In this document: one piece after another, positions 1 through 10,347 of the stretch
Layout: each line of letters starts with the position of its first letter
Numbering within the stretch: the stretch's first letter is position 1
Source: Anolis carolinensis
Taxonomy: Eukaryota
Assembly: GCF_035594765.1 (NCBI RefSeq)
Contig: NC_085844.1
Span: forward strand, 213,048,107 to 213,112,106
Reading direction: 5' to 3'
DNA: 64,000 bases
The notes under the pieces: model-generated
Told to the model about the DNA's origin: nothing
Seen by the model: the letters and a program-made list of their open reading frames with translations, nothing else
Database searches by the model: none
Made by a program: the position numbers and the translations under genes

Positions 1-145
1 AAGACCATAGGTAAGGAAATGGACCCCCAAAGGCCATCTAGACAATCTCATTAAACCATAGGTAAGGAAAGGGATCCTCAAAGGCCATCTAGATGGTCTC
101 ATAGGACCATAGGTAAGGCAAGTGACCTGCAGAAGACATCTAGAT
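1..145 (+). repeat. Diverged 51-bp tandem repeat (about 3 units)
   Basis: accataggtaagg recurs at 4, 55 and 106; units resemble the reverse-complemented CR1 3' tail (ggccatctag). Confidence 0.75.
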
Positions 146-840
146 CAGGGGTCCTCAAACTTTTAAAGCAGAGGGCCGGTCCACAATCCTTCAGACTGTG
201 GAGGGGATGAACTATCATTTGAAAAAAACAAACAAACAAATTCCTATGCACATTGCACATGTCCTATTTGTAGTGCAAACCAACAACAACAATGAAACAA
301 CAATATAATATTTAAAAATGAAAACAATTGTAACTAACATAAACCTATCAGGATTTCAATGGGAAGTATGGGCCTGCTTCTGGCCAGTTAATTAAAATTG
401 TTGTTGTTGTGTGCCTTCAAGTCATTTCAGACTTTGGGCGAGCCTAAGTCTAAAATTATTTATTTATTCATTTACTATATTTATTTATTGCATTTATATC
501 CCGCCCTTTTCACACCGAAGGGGACTCGGAGCAGCTGTATGTACATACAATATATTATATTATTAGCATAGCACAATATTAGCATTATATATTACTATAT
601 TGAATTATACCACTATACTGTAATATTATATGTAATAAATAACATATAATTAATATTATATGGTATTATTATTAGTATTATATTGTATAACATTATAATA
701 TTATCAATATGATATGTATATACAATATATTATATTATTAAACATGATATAAAAATATATTATAAAACTGAGGGCGGGGGCCAGGTAAATGACCTTGGAG
801 GGCTGCATCCGGCCCTCGGGCCTTAGTTTGGGGACCCCTG
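146..840. mobile_element. Non-autonomous hAT DNA transposon (OC1/hAT-HT-like)
   Basis: TIRs CAGGGGTCCTCAAAC / GTTTGGGGACCCCTG; 8-bp TSD atctagat/atctaaag (6/8); family name from memory. Confidence 0.85.
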
Positions 841-1207
841 ATCTAAAGCATGCACAATATAGGAAATAAAAAGTTCTCTGGTTAGCAGTTGGCAGCCTAG
901 TTCTGCCCAAGTGAAACAAGGCCTGCTAGAAGACCTGTGTGTTCAGGGCAGATTATATGGTAGAAAGTGATCCCTATGACCAAAATGGAAGCTCACAGCT
1001 CTCTAGAGTATGCTTACCAGTAATTTAAGAAGGTAGTAAAACCAGAGGTTGATCTCTGCTTTGCTTCCTTGTGGAGCAAATATCTTTCTTGGGCATAAAA
1101 CAGCAGATGTAGTGAAACTGCCCCCACCTTCAATAAAATGTATGCAATCCCTAGTACTTGGCCCTATTAGATGCCAGTAATTTCAAGTAATTCTGAGACA
1201 GCCTCAC

Positions 1208-1289
1208 CTCCAACCAGGAGACTACTGTTGGGCCATCCCATTGAGCAAAGGGAATGCCCCTTCTTCGAGCATCTTCCAAAAGCTCATGT
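1208..1289 (-). CDS. PPFIA4: Liprin-alpha-4 exon [27 protein letters not shown] (start of SAM1)
   Basis: tag|A CAT...GAG|gtgagg, 82 nt; WDGPTVVxWLE opens SAM1; gene continues beyond position 1. Confidence 0.96.
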
Positions 1290-2410
1290 CTAGAAGGATA
1301 AGTAATAACTGATAACATAACAATTTCTTTGCAAGCAATGTATTTCACCAGTTTACAGTAAACATTTCAGTACTCATCCAATGCCATTTGCCATGTTTTA
1401 AAAAGAAAAATAGCTACATTTAAAAGGTTGTTGTAGCAGGCTAGCCCATGTCTACAATACAAACAAAATATATTGTGCTATAGGCACCATTCTGGATGTA
1501 ATGTTGTGCTCAGAAACTAATTTCTAATAAGAACCATACTGTAAATGTAGCAAGAGTGTGACATAACAATGGTGCCACTCATAATCTGAGATGCTCTTTA
1601 AAATACTATTTTCCAAAATAATTAACAACAGAGATATTGATAAGCCGTCCTTTAGACACTTGATTTGAGAAAGACCATACACATGTTGGTTTATAACACA
1701 GGAGTGAGCAGAAAGCTGCAGAAAGCAAGAAACCAAGGCAGGGGTTAAAGAGCCCTTTGTTTATGTCTCAGCTTTGGCAAAGTTGGCTGAGGAGCACAAT
1801 GAAGGTGAAGGAGGCAGGGGATCACAGAATCATAGCGCCCTTGAGATCAGCTCCTACACAAAAAGAAGCCTCTGGGTGTCAGACATTGTACTGGGATGTC
1901 TAGTTCTTAGCCTAGTGCAAGTACACTACTGAAGAAGAAACATTCACTGTTTTGTATTACCTGACAGGTCCCTCAGAATCATTCTGGAAGAAGCATAACT
2001 TGGTTAGCTGTAGTGTTAAGTGATACCTAACCTACTGATAAGAAATTCTATTACTATAGAGAGATGGCATTACTAAAAAAGTAGAGAATATGAAGCTCAG
2101 AACATTCCTCTTTGAGGTCTTCCAAATATTATATTCAAATTAATCTTCAATTAGTATCTCTATTCAGCATTAATTATCCCTGGGGCTCATCAAAAACATA
2201 AAAATTCCTTGGTAAGAAGAGGAATTCTGATTTGAGATCCCAAAGACATTAAACAATCAGCAGCCGGAGTCATATCGGCTGCTAAAGCTTGCTGGTGTCC
2301 CATATGATATGAGGATTTTAACTAGAATACTTCCAAGAATCCTCTACCACAAACCTGCAAAAATTCTGTGGCCAGTACAGCAAAATAAAATAAATACATA
2401 AATACAAATA

Positions 2411-2632
2411 CAGTCAGTCCTCCATATCCACAGATTCTGTATCCATGGATTCAATCATCTACAACTTGTGGATATTAAAAAACATTCCAAAAAGCAAACC
2501 TTGATTTTGCCATTTTATATCAGGAGCATTATCTTACTACTCCAATATATATAATGGGACGTGAACATCCACAGATGTTGGTATAAATGCATGGTCTCAT
2601 GCATGGATGAATGGATATCAAGAGCTCACTTT
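2411..2632. mobile_element. Old Tc1/mariner (Tigger-like) MITE remnant
   Basis: ta|cagtcagtcctccatatcc start and degenerate ggatatcaagagctcact end. Confidence 0.55.
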
Positions 2633-2669
2633 ACATATTTACAAGGAATGCTAGAAAATGCAAACTCAC

Positions 2670-2763
2670 TTTTTCTTGAGCCGGCGATCTTTCTCTGCTT
2701 GAGCTCCTAACTTGCCAAGACCAAGAGTGTCCTGTATATTGATCTCTGAATCTGTTAGCATAA
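2670..2763 (-). CDS. PPFIA4: Liprin-alpha-4 exon (V)MLTDSEINIQDTLGLGKLGAQAEKDRRLKK(K)
   Basis: cag|TT...AA|gtgagt, 94 nt, phase 1/2. Confidence 0.95.
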
Positions 2764-2921
2764 CTGGGAAACATAACAAATAATTAGAGTAGGGCTCCCC
2801 AGTGACCCACAAAAGCTCTGCCCATATTTTTATTTATTTATTTCCCATACATATTTTGAAAAATCTTACATCTAAAAATAATCTGAATTATCTAATGCAG
2901 TCAATTATCAATATTCTAAAC

Positions 2922-3431
2922 CAGTGTGGTCCAATTCATTTTTGTTGGCCCTTGCCTTTCTTACTGTAATTCAATATTTATATTTAATTATGTAATTCAA
3001 TATTAATTATGTAATTCATTTTCTTTTTGGAATGTCTCTGGCCCTCACATTCCTATACCAAAGTTTGATTGGCCCTTGGGTAACTAAAGGTTGGACCACA
3101 CTTTGGGTGGGGGGACTCCCCCACCCAAAGGGACAGTTACCCATGGAATAGCCGACACCACAACGGGACTACTCTCTGACATCCAAAGTCTCAAACGACT
3201 TTCCCGAAACTCTCTCTAGCCCCCTCCCCCCTCCTAAAACCCACCCCCTCTGCTTTTGTTTCTCTTCCTTTCCCCTTTTTCCTCCCCCCCTCTTCTATAT
3301 CCTCGCTCCCAGCCCCACCCCCTCATCCCTACCCCCCTATTTCCCTCTCCCATTTTTGAACCCCACTATTTTAAACCTGTATGCAAAAATACTTAATAAA
3401 AATTATTTTAAAAAAAGATAGGACCACACTG
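2922..3431. mobile_element. hAT MITE interrupted by a LINE 3' fragment
   Basis: TIR cagtgtggtcc / ggaccacactg; exact 8-bp TSD ttctaaac at 2914-2921 and 3432-3439. Confidence 0.8.
3103..3413 (+). mobile_element. 5'-truncated L1-type 3' end
   Basis: C-rich 3' UTR, aataaa plus A-rich tail, about 17-bp TSD aaaggttggaccacact / aaagataggaccacact. Confidence 0.7.
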
Positions 3432-4147
3432 TTCTAAACTATTTGCAACCTTTTCATGGACTTTATCAGCCATCCTTCCACATGATGGCATTTGGGTTTT
3501 CCCCCCGAATATCTCTTCATATAGTTCCTTTCTCCTTGACTCTGTTTCTCTCCTCCCCAGAAACACTTTTGTCCTGCTTCTGGGTCTTCCAGTGGTTCCT
3601 TTTGGCCACATTCTATTACTATGGTCAAGAATCCTGACATATTACCCTACTACATTCTCCAGCATCACTATTGCCTACTTAGGCACTCACCATTCACAGC
3701 CTTATATAACTCATCTCATTCATTCTCAAATGACCATCACATAAAAAGAATATGCAGGAAGGACTGCATTAATTAATTAAACAAATAAACACCCTCTCTT
3801 AGATCCTGCAACAACTGCCCTCTTCATACTTTTTAAAGTTTGCATGCTCTTGACTTGCTCAATGACACAGCATCCGCTTTGAGTATATTTTAGGTCCATA
3901 AGAAGGTAGATTGTAACAGTAAATCCGTTAGACATCTGCCGGATATTCATACAACTCCTTCTAGAGTCAGGGTAAGAAAAAAGTAACCTACTTCTTCTAT
4001 TTCTGGCACTTCAATATAGGACTAAGAATCTGAATCAGTATGTTCATCAGATTCATCCTTTCATTAGTTCATGTGTTTCTACCTCTGTGTCTTCAGCTAT
4101 GTTGTTCTCAATCTGTTTCGACTGACCACCAGCCATTTTATTATGCA

Positions 4148-4628
4148 CTAGCTGTGCCCGGCCACGCGTTGCTGTGGCAAAGTGGTGGTGGTATTGGTTA
4201 AAAATTGTTGTGTAATTTTTATTTGACGTTATTTGTAATTTTTTAAATTAATTTTATTGTAAGTTATCTTTTTATTTTTTATATTTTATTATTTTCTTGT
4301 ATTATTTTTAGTTATTTTCTGTTATTATAGTATTTTATTGTATTAATTTTTTAGTGTTTTAAATTTTTTTTGTGTTTTTTATTATTTTTTATTGGGTTGC
4401 TAGGAAACCAAGTTGGAGGAGCTTAGCCTTCTAACTGGCAGCAATTGGATAAAAGCAATTATTCCTCTCTCTCTAATTAGGACTTTATTTTTCTTTTCTT
4501 TTTGTTGTATCAACCTAGAGCCGTGGATGATGGGTTGTGTTGTCAAATTTAGAGGTTGGGGGGCCTGTAGTTTTGTTGTTTTGTGGGTCGCCGTGATGCC
4601 ATCACTCTTTTATATATATATATATAGA
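4148..4628 (-). mobile_element. Non-autonomous Helitron
   Basis: Minus strand A|TCTATATATA... to GCCAC-agcaacgc-GTGGC hairpin then CTAG|T; no TSD. Confidence 0.88.
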
Positions 4629-5282
4629 TTGCTCTTCCCATCTTCTCATCTCAAATTCTTAAAGGAAATTCATGTAGGCTAAAAAAAATACCCGAATAAT
4701 TTGCACATTATTTAAATGGTCTAGATTCTTTTGGATTGCACTGTTTGGTTTTAGTGCTTTTTATGGATCTCTGTTACGATTCTGCAGTAACCTGCTTTCC
4801 ATCTTCATTCACCAAGCACACTAATTACACAACCTCTATTTCTTTCCTTCCCCTTTTGTTCTGTGTCATTTATAAACGTCCCCCTGCATGGCATAACAAA
4901 TTTATATTAACATATTCAACAACAGTATCAACAGCTTTTTAAAAATGAGGGAAACAGATGTAACTAAAATCTCAGCTACTGATCTTATTACCGATGGCTT
5001 CTACATTTTTCCAACCTAAAAAAACTTGTGGAAGGATAACTTTCTTCTAGAGCAGAGGACAACCAGAGACCTTCCAGAAATTGTTAGACTACAGTTCCCA
5101 TGGGCCCTAACCAGTTGTCAGATTTGCTAGAAGCTGCAGTCTAGTAACATCTGGAAGGTCAGAATTTGATCTTCACAGGAAGAATAGAGAATATCTTTCA
5201 GCCTAATATCCAAACTGGTTGTTGGCCCCATGGCTTGAGACTCCACAGCACTGCTTCAGAGGAAGCCGAAAGCATCAGAAAC

Positions 5283-5449
5283 CTTGCCCAGTCGCACCGT
5301 CTCTGCTCAGCTGGATCAAGCGACCTTTCTCTTTTTTTCCAAACAAGCGTCCAATAGAAGATTTTATGCCTTTCCTCCTGGAGCCTTTATGCAGAGAGTC
5401 CTGGCTGCTATTACTGCTGCTGGGGTTACTTGCTTGGTCCTCCAAAGAA
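5283..5449 (-). CDS. PPFIA4: Liprin-alpha-4 exon SLEDQASNPSSSNSSQDSLHKGSRRKGIKSSIGRLFGKKEKGRLIQLSRDGATGQ
   Basis: tag|T...G|gtttct, 167 nt, phase 2/1. Confidence 0.95.
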
Positions 5450-5639
5450 CTAATGAAAAAGCAAGAAAAAGCAAGAGATTCACAATATCATCTAAAAATA
5501 ATTTAAGGTGCCATTCCCCTCCTCCAGTATATCCCTTTTACCAAAATGTTCCAATTAATTTTCATAGTGGAATATCCAATGGTATCCTGTTTGGCAGGAA
5601 AGACAAGAGGCATTGCCAACTTTGTGATAAACCAGTGGT

Positions 5640-8600
5640 GAAAAGAAAGTGAGGGGAAACAGAGTTCTGTTTCAGTGTAAAGAGATTAATCATTCTTGCA
5701 CATAAGGAATTATTAGGCTTCCTGTTGAAGCTGTCCGAGCCAGAGGCTGAACTCAAGTGGCAGTGGGTTCACACAGAAGTGAGGAGGCAAGAAGTCAGCT
5801 CTGCTCCTTGCTTTAGGTAAGTCCTGTCTAAGATTGCATTAAAAACCACCCCTACACTAAACACATTGTTATTGTTACAGTACAATCAATTAAAAAAACA
5901 TCATTAAAAACACATACACAGGGAGGTGGATAGCGGTCTGCCCAAAAATGCACACTATAAGGATCCTGCTTGGTAACTTCACTCATCAAGAGATGGAACA
6001 AAAGCAAAAACTTGCCATCATATGCACAAGTTGTGGCATATTTAGCTTCTTTGCACAACAACTACTCAACTACATCTGCACCAAGTGTAAACAGATGACT
6101 CTGATGGAGCAGAGGATCCAACAACTTGAGGACCGTATTAAGACCCTTAAGGACATTCAGGAACTCGCGCTCTTCTTGGACACTGCACAACACACTGTTC
6201 TAGATACGCAACCCACATCACACCAATGCTACCATGATCAGGAACTTTATGGGGAGATCAACTCAAATGTAGACAACCCTCAGGCTTGGAAGGAGGTCAC
6301 CCGTAGAATGAGACAAAGGACCAGGCAGGCTCCGCAGAATTCTTCTGCTCAGCTTGACTTACACAACAGATTCCAAATTCTTACACCACTAACATCTGAT
6401 CAGGAAACACATCTTGTGGAGGACTACAGTTACTTAGATACCACTCAGTGGGCCACTTTTGATCAATGCGTGGGGGATAGTCCTGACGGGGACGATGCAT
6501 TACCACATTCACACTTACACAATCATGCAGATGTTCCATCCCCAATCGTAGACCAGGAGCAACAGGAACACCCTTAGGAGAAGGATGTCTTTGATGCATC
6601 TCAATGGATTGTTTTTGACGAATGCACTGGGGATGTCGAGGAGGAGGACATCACTTTACACCTACACAATCCACTTCAACAGGAACACTTTTCAGCGGAC
6701 CTACACACTATCTTGCCCAAAAGAGACCCTGTCAATCCTCAAAGGAAACAGGTCTTGGTAGTAGGTGACTCTCTCCTTAGAGGAACGGAAGCCATCATTT
6801 CCAGACAGGATGGGATGGCTCAAAAAACATGCTGCTTCCCGGGGGCAAAAATACACCATGTCACTCAGAGGCTCACCAGGCTCCTAAAGCCCCATCACCC
6901 CCCCCCCCCCCACCACCACCACCATGTTGATTCATGTAGGAATCAATGATACGGCTAGGCATACCTTTCAAAAGATCACAAATGATTTTCGAGCTCTTAG
7001 AACAAAGCTAGAACAAAATAATGTACATGTGGTCTTTTCATCCCTTCTCCCCGTTGTACAATGTGACCCTGTGAGGGCCAGAAAAATAGTACAGGTCAAT
7101 AACTGGCTCAAAAAATGGTGTCAGGAGGAACGCTTTGGCTCCCTCGACCATGGCCTGCTTTTTGAGAAGACATGCACAAGAAGTGGAAAAAGGGAGTGAT
7201 TACCAAAGAAGAATTCAAACAAATAGCCAACTCCTGTAGGGAAAAGGTTCGCAAGGCTAAAGCACAAAATGAGCTCAGGCTTGTCAGAGACATTAAAAAC
7301 AATAAAAAGGGCTTCTTTGCTTACGTCGGTAGGAAAAGGAAGAACAAGGAGGCAATAGGGCCTCTGCGAGGAGAAGATGGGGAAATTCTGACGGGATAGG
7401 GAAAAGGCTGAACTTTTTAATGCCTTCTTTGCCTCAGTCTTCTCACAAAAAGAAAGCCAGCCTCAACCTCAGCAACATGGAGTGGATGAAGGATTGGGGG
7501 AAATCCAACCCAAAATAGAGAAACAAGTCATCCAGGAATACCTGGCCACTCTAAATGAATTTAAGTCTCCAGGGCCGGATCAACTACACCTAAGAATATT
7601 GAAGGAACTAGCGGAAGTTATTTCGGAACCACTAGCAATCATTTTTGAGAGTTCTTGGAGAACAGAAGTCCCAGCAGATTGAAAGAGGGCAAATGTGGTC
7701 CCTATCTTCAAGAAGGGAAAAAAGGATGATCCAAACAATTACCATCTGGTTAGCCTCACCTCAATACCAGGCAAGATTCTGGAAAACATAATTAAGGAAG
7801 TGGTCTGCAAACACTTAGAAACAAATGCGGTCATTACTAATAGTCAACACGGATTTACCAAAAACAAATCATGCCAGACTAATCTGATCTCTTTTTTTGA
7901 TAAAGTTACAAGCTGGGTAGATGTGGGGAATGCCATGGATGTAGCCTATCTGGATTTCAGTAAGGCCTTCGACAAGGTCCCCCATGTCCTTCTGGCAAAC
8001 AAGTTAGTCAAATGTGGGATAGGCAAAACTACGGTTAGGTGGATCTGTAATTGGTTAAGTGAACGAACCCAAAGGATGCTCACAAATGCGTGGTCTTCAT
8101 CTTGGAAAGAAGTCACGAGTGGAGTGCCGCAGGGTTCCGTCCAGGGCCCGGTTCTGTTCAACATCTTTATCAACGACTTAGATGAAGTGTTAGAAGGCAC
8201 GTTCATCAAGTTTGCAGACGACACCAAACTGGGAGGGATAGCTAACACTCCAGAAGACAGGAGTAGAATTCAAAACGATCTTGACAGAGAGATGGGCCGA
8301 AACTAACAAAATGAAGTTCAACAGGGACAAATGCAAGATACTTCACTTCGGCAGAAAAAATGAAATGCAAAGATACAGAATGGGGGACGCCTGGCTCGAC
8401 AGCAGTACGTGAAAAAGACCTTGGAGTCCTCGTGGACAACAAGTTAAACATGAGCCTACAGTGTGATGCGGCGGCGAAAAAAGCCAATGGAATTTTGGCT
8501 TGTATAAATAGAAGTACAGCATCTAGGTCCATGGAAGTCATGCTGCCCCTCTATTCTGCCTTGGTCAGGCCACAACTGGAATACTGTGTACAATTCTGGG

Positions 8601-9099
8601 CACCACAGTTGAAGGAAGATGTTGACAAGCTGGAAAGCGTCCAGAGAAGGGCGACTAAAATGATCAAGGGTCTGGAGAACAAGTCCTATGAGGAGCAGCT
8701 TAAAGAGCTGGGTATGTTTAGCCTGCAGAAAAGAAGGCTGAGAGGAGACATGATAGCCATGTACAAATATGTGAGGGGATGTCATAGGGAGGAGGGAGCA
8801 AGCTTGTTTTCTGCTGCCCTGCAGACTAGGACACGGAACAATGGCTTCAAACTACAGGAAAGGAGATTCCACCTGAACATCAGGAAGAACTTCCTCACTG
8901 TGAGAGCTGTTCGGCAATTGAACTCTCTCCCCCGAACTGTGGTGGAGGCTCCTTCTTTTGAGGCTTTTAAGCAGAGGCTGGATGGCCATCTGTCAGGGAT
9001 GCTTTGAATGGGATTTTCCTGCTTCTTGCAGGAGGTTGGACTGGATGGTCTGTGAGGTCTCTTCCAACTCTACGATTCTATGATTCTATTCTATGATTC
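5640..9099 (+). mobile_element. CR1 LINE, long but defective: ORF1 (zinc knuckle, coiled coil, SGNH esterase) and ORF2 RT, endonuclease deleted
   Basis: ORF1 5948-about 7165 (CxxC..CxxC, VVGDSLLRG, HVGIND); ORF2 pieces with [20 protein letters not shown]; (ATTCTATG)n tail; stops and frameshifts; 5' boundary approximate. Confidence 0.93.
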
Positions 9100-10213
9100 A
9101 AAATGGAATTTCCACCTATAAGGAGTTTATTTGTCTTCCCATGTCATTACGAGAGAAGAAAATACTGTTAGACAACAGGGGGAAGAAAAAAATGTATAAT
9201 AAACAACAAAGGTTTATACTGCATGTTAGGAGTGAGTATGGGCTAAATGCAAACTGAGTGTCTCATACAAATGTAACATACATATACTTAAATCCACAAT
9301 TCCCTTCTCTCAGCTGGCATCAGCAACTTAGCTAAGGAGGAAGACAGCTTCATAACAACAGGATGCAATATGTAGTAATGCTTAGATTTCACTATAACAG
9401 TGCAACATGGTGAGAAATTAAATTCTTTTCCTCTGATTGTCAGCTTACCCACTAAGGAGCAGAAGGCATGCATACAATCTTTACTCCTATGGTTGCATGC
9501 TGCCTACTAAGGTTTAAGGATTTTGATCTTCATCTGAATTTTGTATGCACAGGAAAGTTTAAACCTCCTCATCTGACATATTATAATAGGCTGAAGATTG
9601 TGTCAAATTAAAAGGCCGATCTATCAGAATAGCACACACAATATTGAGGAGTTCCCTTATCCCTGCATAGGGAACGTCACTGCTTTTCAGAAATCAGCAG
9701 CTATTAGATCAATTTTTATCTTCATCTCAAATATAACTTCATGTCTGGCAAAAAACATACAAGTGCTATACTTCAGCATTTGCCAACCCACTCAATTATA
9801 GCCCATTTTATGGTCACATTTCTATATGCACTCCTATCATCTGATAGGAATTTCACTTACCCGTTACTCTACATATGAAGTATCATATTCTCTTCTAAGA
9901 AGTTCTGAAGAGCCATTGGCATTCACAACCTGTTCAGGTTTCTAACATTTGTTATAATGCAGATTTAGCACCAATTCATATTGCACTTCTCAGAATGGGA
10001 GCCAAAATTAGGATTGTTCACATTCTCCAATATGCTTCTGTAGATAATGATGTGTCCATGGTTTTGTGCAATATGCTCCCAACTCAATTGGGAAAGTTTT
10101 AGGAACACTAATCTACAACAATTGACCCATCTATTAGCTTAGTGAAATGGAGTATATCTGGCCACTTACAGAAAGGAGAGCTCATTATTCTCTCTTTTGC
10201 AAGACCCCTATAC

Positions 10214-10347
10214 CTCTTGCCTTCTTCCTGACTCAAAGCAGGATGTCCAAACTTCTCCAGACGTAGAGTCCTGGGTGAAGAAGGAGGAGAAGTCTCACAT
10301 TTTATGGTTGTTTTATCTTCTCGACTTTCATCTCGACCAGCTGGTGA
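10214..10347 (-). CDS. PPFIA4: Liprin-alpha-4 exon SPAGRDESREDKTTIKCETSPPSSPRTLRLEKFGHPALSQEEGK(S)
   Basis: cag|TCA...AG|gtatag, 134 nt. Confidence 0.95.

Noticed and set aside
9861-9894. Strong donor CGG|gtaagt with a possible 34-nt exon
   Set aside because: Weak pyrimidine tract, frameshifting, and no other support; probably a cryptic site.
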